Shown here: piece by piece, positions 46,541-56,620 of the stretch
How positions within the stretch are numbered: position 1 is the first letter of the stretch
How the letters are laid out: each line of letters begins with the position of its first letter
Virus record (IMG/VR): IMGVR_UViG_3300044629_000651
Coordinates: 1-61,592 of that record
DNA: 61,592 bases
Direction: 5' to 3' (one strand)
DNA from: a virus
Lineage: Duplodnaviria > Caudoviricetes
The notes under the pieces: generated by a model
Told to the model about the DNA's origin: nothing
What the model saw: only the letters and a program-made list of their open reading frames with translations
Database searches by the model: none
Position numbers and translations under genes: made by a program

Positions 46541-47778
46541 TATTTATTCCCTTGAAGTTTTTGCACTTCCTGCGGTAATGCGGCCAGTGCCGCTTTCGGA
46601 TTAACCATGTACGCCGCCCAGAAGTCATTGTTAAATCTCGCGCGCGCCGGGGTGCCGTCAGGAGGGAGAAACTTGTTGTACCCCGCCAATGCCTCCTCGC
46701 CAACCTTCCGTCCAGTCTCGTCGAGCTTCGTTTCCGTGCGCGGGTGCATCATCGCCAGTGCCTTCTCGACCCCTCCAACCTTGTCCCCAAGCGCGAGGAG
46801 ACCTTCTACCGAACTGAGCGGGGTGGTGCGCGGGCCGGCACTGATCCCCGCCGCCTGCAGCCTGTTCGCAAGCTCTTTGTCTTTGTCCCGGACCGACTGC
46901 TCCCTCTGCAAGGACTTCATCGCCATTTCCAGCGGGATACCAGCGGCGGCGAGTTCAGCGAACTTGCGCTCCATCTCTGCTTTCGACTGCATATCCTTGC
47001 GGTCGGCATCCTTCTCACGGAACCCGAGGCGAGCCAGCCCTTGACTCAGGGTGCGGTCGTAATCCTTCTCGTAGCGCGCATCTTCGGACGCCATCGTGTC
47101 GCGGTACGCCTTGGTGGCAGAGGACATCACACCGGGGCCGAAGTTGCCTTGGTTGTCCAGCATCCTCCCACCGAACTCCAACACCCCGCGCGACAGTGCC
47201 GCCCCCATCGGGTCCGCCCGATTCCGCTTCGTCGCGGCGAGCAGCGCGTTGTAGGCGTCTTCCTGACTGCCCCGCGCATTCGGCATGGCCATCGCAGCGG
47301 CTTTCTGCTTCGCCAGTTCCTGCATTCCAAGGGCAACGCTTTCCATCTGCGCCCGGTCGTTTGCGTTCTCTACTCCGGGGCGAGGGGCGGCACCGCCGCG
47401 AGAGGCGGCTTCGCGGCGCATGATTTCGGCTGCAGGGTTGGGGGCGCGAGGGGCGTCAGCAACAAGGGCCGAAGAATCTACGCCCCCTTCGAGGCCAGCG
47501 GCACGAGGAGCCGGCGAAGCCCCTCGTGCGGCGCGCAGCCTGTCGTAGTACGGGGTGAGGCTCGACGAACTCCCGCCAAACGCCTCCTCTGGGATGTACG
47601 GGATACCCGCCCCCGCCGCGTTCGGCAGGCGCAATAGCGTGTTCAGCGCCCCCATCCCCCCTCGCACAGGCAGCGTGAAGATATCTGCCGCCGCCGCAAC
47701 CGGGTCAAGCAAACTAGGAAGACTGGCGAGGATCGCCTCCCGGTCAGCTTCTGCCTGCCTCTGTTCTGCAGTGCTCAT
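46540..47778 (-). CDS. Putative internal virion protein
   Basis: 412 aa, A/G-rich, within the ejection module. Confidence 0.65.
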   Translation of the reverse strand: MSTAEQRQAEADREAILASLPSLLDPVAAAADIFTLPVRGGMGALNTLLRLPNAAGAGIPYIPEEAFGGSSSSLTPYYDRLRAARGASPAPRAAGLEGGVDSSALVADAPRAPNPAAEIMRREAASRGGAAPRPGVENANDRAQMESVALGMQELAKQKAAAMAMPNARGSQEDAYNALLAATKRNRADPMGAALSRGVLEFGGRMLDNQGNFGPGVMSSATKAYRDTMASEDARYEKDYDRTLSQGLARLGFREKDADRKDMQSKAEMERKFAELAAAGIPLEMAMKSLQREQSVRDKDKELANRLQAAGISAGPRTTPLSSVEGLLALGDKVGGVEKALAMMHPRTETKLDETGRKVGEEALAGYNKFLPPDGTPARARFNNDFWAAYMVNPKAALAALPQEVQKLQGNK

Positions 47779-47789
47779 CTTCTTCTCCT

Positions 47790-48080
47790 TTACGCTTGCG
47801 CCGCGCGCATCGCTGCAGCCAGTTGGCTGCGCGGGTCTTCACTTTGCCCGATCCCCTGCAATCCTGCAACTCCTTGCGCTACGCCCGCCCGCGCGCCTTG
47901 CTTTTTCGCCATCATCATTTTCATCGCTTCTTGCGGGCCGAACTGCGCCGCGAGCGCCACGAACTCAGGATCGTTCATCAGCGCCGCCATCTCGGCGGGG
48001 GGTTGCCCTTGCTGCGGACGGGCTTGCTGCACCTGCCCGGTTTTCAGTGCGTTGGCGATTGCGCCTTGTGTGTTCATCAT
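47790..48080 (-). CDS. Hypothetical Q/A/M-rich protein
   Basis: 96 aa with RBS, in operon. Confidence 0.65.
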   Translation of the reverse strand: MMNTQGAIANALKTGQVQQARPQQGQPPAEMAALMNDPEFVALAAQFGPQEAMKMMMAKKQGARAGVAQGVAGLQGIGQSEDPRSQLAAAMRAAQA

Positions 48081-48091
48081 GGTCGTCCCCT

Positions 48092-49402
48092 TTACCCTGT
48101 CGTGCCGTTCGGATTAGCCAGCCCCCACACCGTGCCTGCAATACCGGCCAGTTGCCCCAGTCGATTCGGGTCGGTGCCGGTGTAGCTGGTCGACCCCGAC
48201 GTGCCGGCGGTGTTGGTAGTCGTGCCACCTGTGGTTCCTGTCGTGGTTCCCGCAGTGGTTCCTGTCGTGGTTCCCGCAGTCGTGCCCGTTGTGGTGCCTG
48301 CAGTGGTTCCTGTCGTGGTTCCGGCAGTGGTTCCTGCCGTGGTGGTGATCTGCCCCGGCTTGAGCGCGGTGAGGATGTTCGCTTGCGCTCCGGCCAACTG
48401 CCTCGGGTCTTGCTGCATCGCCTGCCACTCTTGGAACATGCGGTTGAGGTCGGTTGTGGCCGTGCCCTGTGCATTGCCGAAGGCTTGACTGTACAGGTTG
48501 GACAGGGTATTTCCTCGTTCTGTTGTCTGGCGCTCATCCATCTGGTTACTGAGCATGTCGGTCCGCTCCGTGCCGAAGGAGCCGCGAGATACCCGCTGCG
48601 CGTCGAACGCTTGCCGCTGCGCTGCTTGATCTTCGCCCATGCGTCGCATGATCGGGTCCGCCACCTGTTCGAGGTACGGATTCATGTACTGGTTGATGGG
48701 CATATCGAGCATGGTCTTGTCGAATGCCGTCATCGGATCGAGTTCGTCGATCTTCCCCGCCTGCTGCTGCACCAAGTCCAAATACCACTGCGGCAGGGTT
48801 GTCTCGGAAGTCTGGGCCTGCGTCCCTGTCTGTTGCTGTGTGGACGTCCCCGTCTGATCTTGGGTACTGGTCCCGGTCTGGTTCTGCGTGCTGGTCCCGG
48901 TCTGTGACTGGTTGGTGTTTCCGCTGGTCGTGGAGCCGCTGGTCTGCGACTGCGTCGTCGTGCCGCTGGTCGTGGATGGTTTGCTGGTCAGGGCGGCGAG
49001 CGCACCAAGAACTCCGACTCCGCCGAGTCCGAGTTGTGCATTCGAAGGGCTATTCAAAGCAGCAGCGATGCCCCCGGAAAGATCAACACCCATCCCTTTG
49101 AGTAGCTTCCCCAAGATGTTCGAAGGGTCTTGCGCAGTACCGCTGGTATATTGCCCTGCGAGGGCGATCATTTGCCCGGGGTCTATGTTTCCAGCCCCTG
49201 CGATATCGTCGAGGTACGCTTCCCACGTCGAGCCACCGATCTCGGGGTCGTAGGAATTGGCAATGTTCAACTGCCGCATCTGATCCATTGCGTCGTCGTA
49301 GGTAAGCTGCCCCCCTTCGTACGCGGTTTGGATGTCCGACACTTCTGTCGGCCCCCCGTTGTCGTACCATTCCCCAGTCTCGGGGTCTTGGACTATCGCC
49401 AT
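48092..49402 (-). CDS. Putative DNA pilot/ejection protein with T/G tandem repeats
   Basis: YMNPY...V, G.FG..R motifs; GTTAGTTT and QTGTSTQ repeats. Confidence 0.7.
   Translation of the reverse strand: MAIVQDPETGEWYDNGGPTEVSDIQTAYEGGQLTYDDAMDQMRQLNIANSYDPEIGGSTWEAYLDDIAGAGNIDPGQMIALAGQYTSGTAQDPSNILGKLLKGMGVDLSGGIAAALNSPSNAQLGLGGVGVLGALAALTSKPSTTSGTTTQSQTSGSTTSGNTNQSQTGTSTQNQTGTSTQDQTGTSTQQQTGTQAQTSETTLPQWYLDLVQQQAGKIDELDPMTAFDKTMLDMPINQYMNPYLEQVADPIMRRMGEDQAAQRQAFDAQRVSRGSFGTERTDMLSNQMDERQTTERGNTLSNLYSQAFGNAQGTATTDLNRMFQEWQAMQQDPRQLAGAQANILTALKPGQITTTAGTTAGTTTGTTAGTTTGTTAGTTTGTTAGTTTGTTGGTTTNTAGTSGSTSYTGTDPNRLGQLAGIAGTVWGLANPNGTTG
48231..48340. repeat. 24-bp coding tandem repeat (about 4.5 copies)
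   Basis: GTGGTTCCTGTCGTGGTTCCCGCA units encoding GTTAGTTT. Confidence 0.9.
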
Positions 49403-49414
49403 GTCAGTTTCTCC

Positions 49415-51997
49415 TTACGCTTCAGCGTATTGTACGCCCATTGATTCAAGTTCTTCCAGTGCGGCAGCGAGTTCCGGGTCGATTTCCCCACGGATTCTCG
49501 GCATGGCCAACACATCTTCTTCCTCTTGCATCGCTTCGGAAATCGCGCCTTCGTCCAGCAACCCTTTGCTGGACTGTGCCAGCATTCTCTGCATTGCGTT
49601 CTTGCGGCGCTTGGCGACTTGGGCAGCAGCGCGTTCCCGCGCAGCAGTGGCGGCTCGCTCGGATGCTCGCGCCGTTGTTTTTTGGGTGCCTGTGGTGCGA
49701 ACCAACTCCCGCTGCTGTGCAATCTCGTCATCAGCGAAGGCTTCAGCCGCCGCGCGCGATACGCCGGCACGGACAAGCGAGGCTACAAGGTCACCGCCCC
49801 ACTTCGCCGCGTCGCCCATCCACTTCGTTTCTTCGTCTTCGTTCCACTCCGACAGCGTCTCGTCGCTCGGGCGCAGGGCGCTGCGCACTACGCTACTCGC
49901 TTCACTGCCCATAGCGTTCGTCAGCGCGCCAAGCAGAATCTTGTCGGTGTTCTCGCCGCCGGTCAGCAATGCGTCCTTGGCCAAGCTGCCTGCGACTTGG
50001 GGTGCGTACCTGTCGAATAGGGAATTACTCCCACCAATGTCCGCGTCTGCTAGCCCCCCAGTCAAGCCGCCACCGAGACCCGCGCCAAGGATTTCCTCCA
50101 GACTCTGCCCACGCAGCGCCGCGCCTGCGGCCCCACTCACGCCACCTTGGACGGCCCCGGGCGAAAGCCCGGTCAAATCCGCTCCCATCCCCGACAATGC
50201 GGTGAGATACGCAGCGGGGGATGACATGCCATACGTCTGAGATAACGTGCTGGCAATCTGGTCGAGCCCAATCCCCTGCTGCGCCAACCGCGCAGCATCC
50301 GTTGCCGCGAAGGCATCCCCCGTACCTCCCATTGCCCCGGTGATCCCCCCCGACAGCGCGCCCTGCAAAATATCCCCGCCGTTGATGGCGGACATCACCC
50401 CACCACTAACTGCCCCCGCCCCTGTGGCTCCCATCAGCGGGCCAAGCGCGCCCCCCATCCCAGCGGAGATGATCCCCGACACTATGGTAGAGAACAGGTC
50501 GCCTTTAGCCTCGGCGGCATTATTCTGCTGCACCGCGCGGATCGTCCCGTACAGGTGCTCCCGCCCCGCATCTGTCAAACTCGGACCAAGTTGCGTCCAG
50601 TCCGTCACCCCATTGGCCAACTGCCCCAGCATAATGTTGGCCGAGTTGTTCGGGTCAGCGATGAACCACTCTGCGTTGCGGTACGGCGTCAGGTAGTTCT
50701 CGGTGAGCCCCGCATACATCCCGTTCCCGAGGAAGTTCTGCTGCGCAAGCTGATAGTCAGTGATCTTCTGGTCAATGATTGCTTGGATTTCCGGCGTCAT
50801 CTTGTGGATCGCCGTGTCCGCCATACTCGTGACAACACCTTGATTTTCCATCCAAGGAAGTTTTCCGGCCATGGATGGGGTTTCGTTGGAAAACGGGCGG
50901 TATGGTGCGCCACCATTGGTGGTCTGCAAAACTGGGTTGTTTACGTACAGCGCGCCTTCAGGAGCACCAGTGTAGTCTCCACCACCGTAGATCGAGGCCA
51001 ACTGGCTGGCCGTCAGCATGTATCCGAGGCCGGGGTTGTTGAGCGTGGAGAGGTCTGTTCCGTACCAGTCCGTCTTCGCTAACTGGGGGACGTACTGCTC
51101 CGGCAGCAGCGTGAGTTGCCCGATATCAAACAGTTTGTCGTTACCAACGAATTCCCGGATGCCTGTCAGCGCGTTGCCTCCAGAAGATTTCCGGAGTTCG
51201 GTAACGAGTTCGTGGGGGATGTACCGCATGTCCTGCGCACCTTCTGTTGTACCGAAGCGCGCCACAGGGATGCCGTACTTGCTGGCCTCGAAGTTGTATA
51301 ACTCCGACAACTGCGGGGCCAGCGATTTGACTCCGTATCCAGAAAGCCCTGATGCGCCGACCGCATCCGCCAGTTTTTTATAGTAGTCGACATCAGACTT
51401 CTTCAGCGCCAATGCGCCGTCTCCGACGTCCGTGCCCAGTTCGCGGAACCGGTTACTGAATACGTCCTCACCGAGAGCGGCGGGGTTAAAAAAGGTGTAC
51501 CCACCAAGGGCCGTATCAAGCGCCCCTTTGTCGTAGACGTTGAGTCCGAAGCGAGACAAGTCCCCCGCCTGCGACAGCCCCCCGACCCCCTGCAACCCGA
51601 GAACCTTACTATCCTGCCCCAACACCGCGTACTTGTTGGGGTCGTTGAGATATGTCATCGCTTGCCCAAACAACGGCACAGCGTTCTGCGTGAAATCCGT
51701 CAGGTCGTTGAAATTGGTAGTCAGGTACTTCTTGTTCGCCCCGCCATACGCGCCAACATCGACTCCCCCCTGCAACGCCTTGGTGATTGCGCCCGTCAGG
51801 GCAGCGTCCTTCTGCGTCGGATCGTTGTAGTAGTTCAATAGCTGGGTGTCGTCAAGCATCCCGCCAAGATGGATGTTCTGCCCGCCCCGGGTCATGCCTC
51901 TCGCAAGCAGGGAAGTGTCCGTAGGCGCGTAGGCGCGCATCGCATTGAGCAGCGCAGTCTGGTCATCTCCGTAATCAGTTCCTTGGAATAATGCCAT
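49415..51997 (-). CDS. Putative internal virion protein
   Basis: 860 aa with Gly-rich hydrophobic segments. Confidence 0.65.
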   Translation of the reverse strand: MALFQGTDYGDDQTALLNAMRAYAPTDTSLLARGMTRGGQNIHLGGMLDDTQLLNYYNDPTQKDAALTGAITKALQGGVDVGAYGGANKKYLTTNFNDLTDFTQNAVPLFGQAMTYLNDPNKYAVLGQDSKVLGLQGVGGLSQAGDLSRFGLNVYDKGALDTALGGYTFFNPAALGEDVFSNRFRELGTDVGDGALALKKSDVDYYKKLADAVGASGLSGYGVKSLAPQLSELYNFEASKYGIPVARFGTTEGAQDMRYIPHELVTELRKSSGGNALTGIREFVGNDKLFDIGQLTLLPEQYVPQLAKTDWYGTDLSTLNNPGLGYMLTASQLASIYGGGDYTGAPEGALYVNNPVLQTTNGGAPYRPFSNETPSMAGKLPWMENQGVVTSMADTAIHKMTPEIQAIIDQKITDYQLAQQNFLGNGMYAGLTENYLTPYRNAEWFIADPNNSANIMLGQLANGVTDWTQLGPSLTDAGREHLYGTIRAVQQNNAAEAKGDLFSTIVSGIISAGMGGALGPLMGATGAGAVSGGVMSAINGGDILQGALSGGITGAMGGTGDAFAATDAARLAQQGIGLDQIASTLSQTYGMSSPAAYLTALSGMGADLTGLSPGAVQGGVSGAAGAALRGQSLEEILGAGLGGGLTGGLADADIGGSNSLFDRYAPQVAGSLAKDALLTGGENTDKILLGALTNAMGSEASSVVRSALRPSDETLSEWNEDEETKWMGDAAKWGGDLVASLVRAGVSRAAAEAFADDEIAQQRELVRTTGTQKTTARASERAATAARERAAAQVAKRRKNAMQRMLAQSSKGLLDEGAISEAMQEEEDVLAMPRIRGEIDPELAAALEELESMGVQYAEA

Positions 51998-51998
51998 G

Positions 51999-53471
51999 TT
52001 AGATCACCTGCTCATGCCAGTTCATTCCGGCGCGGATCAAGGAGTTGCCACCTGTCGAAGTGCAAACAATCGTCACCGGCAGCTGTGTTGCAGCTAACGC
52101 GTCGATCTTGCTGAGCACAACCGGGTTGCGGAAGTCCGCCGTTGCAAAAGCGGACCCGCGCACAGAACCCGATCCGCTCAGCACCTCACCTGTTGCTATG
52201 GTTCCCCCACCAACGATTGCCGTTGCGCTGATGTCATATTCAGCAATGGAGTTCTCCGGGGTCGCGGTGCCCGTCCCGGTACCAACTCCAGTGGCCACGA
52301 AAGACACACCAATGGTGCTGGAGGCTGCACCGATCAAGGTGAAGTTCGTCGTGCCCACGGTCAGAATCTTATACCGCACACCCACGATGAATGCGCCTGC
52401 CGTCACCGAATTACCAACAGCGAGCCAAGCCGCCCCGGTCAATGTGCCACCAATCACGATCTCGTAGATGCTGTTGCTGGTTTGCGCGGTTAGCCAGTAG
52501 TCGTCGATCTCGATGTGTCCGCGATTCGTCAAGCCGCTGAAGGTCGCAGAGGGGCGAATGCTGAACACCGGGCGTCGAGTGGTCACCGTGATCGAGGCGA
52601 TGCCGGGGTTCTGGGACTGCGGGAATCCGCGAGCTTCATCCGCACCCTCGGACTGCACGGAGCAGCAAACGAAGTTGATCGTTCCGCCTGCCACCGCACG
52701 GGTGGTTTCGAGGAAGAAGCCATTGGCCTGATCAAAATAACCTGCCCTAGCTTTGCTTTCAGCGACCCCTGTGTTGCGCAGTTCATAGCGCACCGGCAAG
52801 TTGAACGTCTGGGTGTAGGGCAGTGCCAGCACATTGGCGTGCAGGAACTGATGCGCCGGCCACAAGCGACCGTTAATGTCGAAGCCCATGACCACGCGCC
52901 CGACGCCAAGCCACTGCGCTCCCATGAACAGAATCTGCGCCTTGGTCAGGTCAAGTGTAATGCCGCTCGGCCCCGTGCCGTCGAACTGGTCGATGTTCCA
53001 GCCATTGACGCCGAGACGCGTCACTTCTTCCTCGACCGGCGATCCGCTGGTGCTGGTACGGCGTACGAGCTTTGCCGTCCAACTGCTGCCACTGGCGAAC
53101 ACACCGGTCATCAACACCAGATGCGAGAAGCCGGGGATGTAGCGAGTGTACTGCCGAGACTGCAAAATGCTGTAGTGCCCATTCGTCGTACTGACCGTGA
53201 TGGGCGTCATTTTGCTAGTGGTGATCGCCGTTGGGCCAACAGCGTTGCTGCCGTCTACAACCGAACCATTCGGCGCGAGGATCGTCGGCAGCGTTCCGTT
53301 CGCTGTGGCGTCCCACGTTCTCAGGGTGTCGAGGCCGTACTCCTGCTGGGAATCAAAGATGCGGTTGGCTTGCGAAGTGCGCAGACGTTGGAAGGCGTCC
53401 AGCGCGGCAGAGTCGCCGAAGCCGATTGAGACATTGCCGAATCCATCTACCGGAAGTGGAACGAAGCTCAT
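51999..53471 (-). CDS. Putative tail/virion protein
   Basis: MSFVPLP start (ATGA overlap); RY.PG, GPSG..LD.TK.QI, WLGVG.V motifs. Confidence 0.65.
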   Translation of the reverse strand: MSFVPLPVDGFGNVSIGFGDSAALDAFQRLRTSQANRIFDSQQEYGLDTLRTWDATANGTLPTILAPNGSVVDGSNAVGPTAITTSKMTPITVSTTNGHYSILQSRQYTRYIPGFSHLVLMTGVFASGSSWTAKLVRRTSTSGSPVEEEVTRLGVNGWNIDQFDGTGPSGITLDLTKAQILFMGAQWLGVGRVVMGFDINGRLWPAHQFLHANVLALPYTQTFNLPVRYELRNTGVAESKARAGYFDQANGFFLETTRAVAGGTINFVCCSVQSEGADEARGFPQSQNPGIASITVTTRRPVFSIRPSATFSGLTNRGHIEIDDYWLTAQTSNSIYEIVIGGTLTGAAWLAVGNSVTAGAFIVGVRYKILTVGTTNFTLIGAASSTIGVSFVATGVGTGTGTATPENSIAEYDISATAIVGGGTIATGEVLSGSGSVRGSAFATADFRNPVVLSKIDALAATQLPVTIVCTSTGGNSLIRAGMNWHEQVI

Positions 53472-53872
53472 ATCAGCACCCAATTTCCGGTCGTTGCGCG
53501 AAACCGCAGCGCGGTCCACTGGATCGTCACGATTGCGTCAGGTTCTCCGACTATCGTGTCCGTCGCTCCGAGCGGGGTGATCGTCAGCGTGTTCGCGGCA
53601 GCGGTCTTCACGATCTCAACCTCATATTTTTCCGCAACGAGGTCGTCGGAAATCTCAGGGAGGAACACCTCGATGTCCCCGCCAGTCGTATCCACCAAAA
53701 TAACCCCGTCCGCCGTCCCCACGGTGTGGTCAGCAGTTACCGAGTACGCCCCTACAGTGCTATCCACCACCACGCGCGACAGTTGCTGCTCCAGCGTCTG
53801 CACCATTGCCCGGTGCTTCCGCATGTCGTATGTGTCGCCGAAGTCAGGCAAGCGTGCATTCAAGCGAGCCAT
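53468..53872 (-). CDS. Putative tail structural protein
   Basis: 134 aa; VDTTGG.I...LP...DTI.G motif typical of fibre-base domains. Confidence 0.6.
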   Translation of the reverse strand: MARLNARLPDFGDTYDMRKHRAMVQTLEQQLSRVVVDSTVGAYSVTADHTVGTADGVILVDTTGGDIEVFLPEISDDLVAEKYEVEIVKTAAANTLTITPLGATDTIVGEPDAIVTIQWTALRFRATTGNWVLI

Positions 53873-55659
53873 TATCTGCCCCCGTGCGGTAGGAGATCAA
53901 CGCGCATCGTACCCGCCCGCCAGTCATCCCCGAGAGCATCGCTTCCGATCCGCACGCTGATCTGTCTTCCGCGCAGCCGGGGGTTGATGTGAGTCGTCGT
54001 GGAGGTAACCGTGTGCGGTCCGCTGCTCTGCTCCTCCGTCGCTTGCGGGTACTTCTTGGCCGTGAGGGTGATGTCGGCACTCCCCTCCAGAATCTTGAAG
54101 TCAGGGATCAGCTTGCTGACATGGGCCAGTGAGTTGCCCCCAGCGTCGATTTCCACCGCGCCCGACTGGATATAGGAGGTCATCGCGGTCAGGTAGTCGT
54201 CAGTCCCTGTCTCGTGGGTGTAGATGTAGCCATCAGCCCCGAACCCGTAGGCGTAGTTGAACACGTCCGAGTCACCGATGATCATAGTGCGCGCCAGCGT
54301 CCCATACACCCATGTCTTGTCCGCCATGTTGTAGAGCACATAGCGGTCACACTCGTCAGAGTTTGCCGAGGGGTACAACCACCACACCTCACGGTAGTCC
54401 CGATTCACCCCACACCAAATCTTGGTGCGCTGCACGCGGTTGAGGTCGTCGAACACATACGCCGACACGGAGCAATCCAACACCCGGGTCACGCCGTCGT
54501 ACATGAAGAAATCAGCATCCCCCATCCAGTACGCCACGCCCTCAAACACATGCACGGCCAGCGGGCCGACGATGTTGCCGTTGTCACCGAGCGTCTTGAA
54601 CGCGAACGTGTCCGGAGGCCCGACAAAGGCCATCGAAAACAACGATGAGTCCGTGAAGATCAGATGCTCGCCCCGAACCTTGGCCCCGCAGATGATCTCG
54701 TTACCCATGTCCAGACGCTTGCTGCCCGCCGTGTTGGTCAACGAGGGGGTCCAGACTGTGTAGTCTTCCTGATCACACCAGCGGACAAGCAACGGGTCAC
54801 TGATACTGCCATCGTGCGCGCCCAGCGCGATCAAGTGCCGATCTTCCGGGGACACCAGAATCCCCCGTGACGTTATGGGCGCAGCGGCGATAACCGCCGC
54901 GCGCGTGCCGCCGCCGACCGACGAGTCCCATACATAGATACCGCCCAAGCGGGGGTTGATGATAATGTCCTCGCCCCACTGCTCCATCTGCCACGTCCGG
55001 GCAAGGGCCAGATAGTCCGAGACAGATCGCGGCACCCCCCATGTTCCTGCCCCCCAGAAGTCCGCGCCCCAGCCTAAACCGGCGACGGAGTTTACCCCGC
55101 CGATGGTAATCTCGTACTCGTAGGCGACACTAGCCCCGCCGCCGGGGCCAGCCGTCGATGTCGCCGGAGAGGAATGTGTGATGACGTAAGCGTCGCCGCT
55201 GGTCACAGACGTGACGGTGTATTCCCCGCTGATCGTGATACCACCCACGGCGGCTGCACCCGAAAACGTGACGTAGTCCCCTTCCGTGAGGCCGTGTGCT
55301 AGGTCCGCAACAGCTACCGTCGCCAGTGTGTCCGTCGTCGTGAAGGGGTCGGTGAGGGTGCCACTCGCTCGCAGAGGGGTGATATCGTAATAGGTGCCCC
55401 CCGACCACACATAGCATTTCAGATGCGTCCCGAACGCCAGCAGGGCTTCCGCGCGCAGCGTGCGCCAATCGACACTCCCACGGGCAACACCGAGGAACGT
55501 ATCGTCCGCTGCCCCCCGCGTCCAGCCGCCGAGCTTGGTCGGCATCCCGGCAAAGAACCGTACCTTGTCCCCGTCAATCCAATATCCTCCCTTACCCGCG
55601 TCGCGCGCGGTAGCGTCCGAGAAGAATCCGGGGCGAAGGGGAAGGTCTGCGAGGGCCAT
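53872..55659 (-). CDS. Tail nozzle / stabilisation protein (P22 gp10-like role)
   Basis: 595 aa, W/beta-propeller-rich; W.D.D.VRF..G.P.K.GGW, VRW.DQE, R.RGRQ; position in operon. Confidence 0.7.
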   Translation of the reverse strand: MALADLPLRPGFFSDATARDAGKGGYWIDGDKVRFFAGMPTKLGGWTRGAADDTFLGVARGSVDWRTLRAEALLAFGTHLKCYVWSGGTYYDITPLRASGTLTDPFTTTDTLATVAVADLAHGLTEGDYVTFSGAAAVGGITISGEYTVTSVTSGDAYVITHSSPATSTAGPGGGASVAYEYEITIGGVNSVAGLGWGADFWGAGTWGVPRSVSDYLALARTWQMEQWGEDIIINPRLGGIYVWDSSVGGGTRAAVIAAAPITSRGILVSPEDRHLIALGAHDGSISDPLLVRWCDQEDYTVWTPSLTNTAGSKRLDMGNEIICGAKVRGEHLIFTDSSLFSMAFVGPPDTFAFKTLGDNGNIVGPLAVHVFEGVAYWMGDADFFMYDGVTRVLDCSVSAYVFDDLNRVQRTKIWCGVNRDYREVWWLYPSANSDECDRYVLYNMADKTWVYGTLARTMIIGDSDVFNYAYGFGADGYIYTHETGTDDYLTAMTSYIQSGAVEIDAGGNSLAHVSKLIPDFKILEGSADITLTAKKYPQATEEQSSGPHTVTSTTTHINPRLRGRQISVRIGSDALGDDWRAGTMRVDLLPHGGR

Positions 55660-55668
55660 GATCGTATG

Positions 55669-56100
55669 TTACTTCACTTTGTCGTAGGATTTGAGGCAGA
55701 GTTCGTAGGCGGCACGGAGTCTGTCGGCTCTGGCTGCTTCCCACTCAAGAAAACCCGCATCCTGTCTTGATAGCTCGGCCCCAGTGGCTCCCTTGCAGTC
55801 AGGGCGGGTGGCTTCGGGCACTCCGACGGGTCGATCAGGCCGGTCGCGCAACCCGTCAAGAGCAACACGCAGGCGGTCATTGATAACACCGATGCGAGCG
55901 ACGTAGGACTTGCTTGCTTCATTGTAGGCTCCTTGCCAGATGCGTTCCGTTTCCCGCGCCTTATCCACCAGTTCAACAGACTTCGCCTTCCACTCGTTGT
56001 CCTTGTGCCTACTGCCGGTCATGTAGGCGTAGCCGTGAGTGATTCCGAGCAAGACAACGATGCCTATTCCAGCCAGCACCTGTGGAGGTATGGGGATCAT
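55669..56100 (-). CDS. Rz-like i-spanin
   Basis: N-terminal TM plus coiled coil; C.GATGAEL.R.D..FL; follows holin. Confidence 0.75.
   Translation of the reverse strand: MIPIPPQVLAGIGIVVLLGITHGYAYMTGSRHKDNEWKAKSVELVDKARETERIWQGAYNEASKSYVARIGVINDRLRVALDGLRDRPDRPVGVPEATRPDCKGATGAELSRQDAGFLEWEAARADRLRAAYELCLKSYDKVK
55674..55922 (-). CDS. Rz1-like o-spanin lipoprotein embedded in Rz
   Basis: Alternative frame; lipobox LLLTG|C followed by a Pro-rich peptide. Confidence 0.7.
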   Translation of the reverse strand: MKQASPTSLASVLSMTACVLLLTGCATGLIDPSECPKPPALTAREPLGPSYQDRMRVFLSGKQPEPTDSVPPTNSASNPTTK

Positions 56101-56411
56101 TCTTTGTCCTTCGGCGGCTCCAGCGACTTGTACTTCTCTGTCACCTTGTTGGCGATGTTGGCCCCGGCCCAAGCGATCATATACATGGCGAACAGCCACT
56201 CCGTCAGAAAACCCCTGCGTGTCTCATGCACCAGCGCCCATGTGGAAACAATCAGCGCGATGAACTGCCCTAGCTTGAACAGGCTGACGCGACTCGTTGT
56301 GCTGTCAACGATCAAGTGCCGCAGATCAAATTCGTCATCAGACCGCTGCCATAGGTACAGAATCAGCGCGAAAGCGACGGCGAGCAGCAGCAGACCGTGC
56401 GTGTCATTCAT
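56097..56411 (-). CDS. Putative holin
   Basis: Three hydrophobic segments, charged C-terminus, in the lysis cassette. Confidence 0.65.
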   Translation of the reverse strand: MNDTHGLLLLAVAFALILYLWQRSDDEFDLRHLIVDSTTSRVSLFKLGQFIALIVSTWALVHETRRGFLTEWLFAMYMIAWAGANIANKVTEKYKSLEPPKDKE

Positions 56412-56620
56412 TCCCGTTCCCATCCAGCCACAGGAGAAACGCCATGAGTAGCGGAACCCCGACCATCAAGATCACGGACAGGTCGGACAACACGTAATTT
56501 TGTGCGCTGTTCATGTCTCCAGTCCTTTATGAGTTGTTTTGCGTCTTGGGATTGCGATGGGAAGCTCGCATTGGCGTTGAGAAGCAATGTGTTGATGCGG
56601 TGACTAAGTAACTCGCTCAT
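56408..56620 (-). CDS. Hypothetical protein in lysis cassette
   Basis: 70 aa filling the gap between endolysin and holin, overlapping both. Confidence 0.45.
   Translation of the reverse strand: MSELLSHRINTLLLNANASFPSQSQDAKQLIKDWRHEQRTKLRVVRPVRDLDGRGSATHGVSPVAGWERE

Noticed and set aside
48231-48340. CRISPR-like array
   Set aside because: Head-to-tail coding tandem repeats without unique spacers; the Cas4-like gene is an ordinary phage PD-(D/E)XK nuclease.
55674-55922. Nested ORF in Rz as a novel overlap
   Set aside because: Real, but this is the well-known embedded Rz/Rz1 spanin arrangement.
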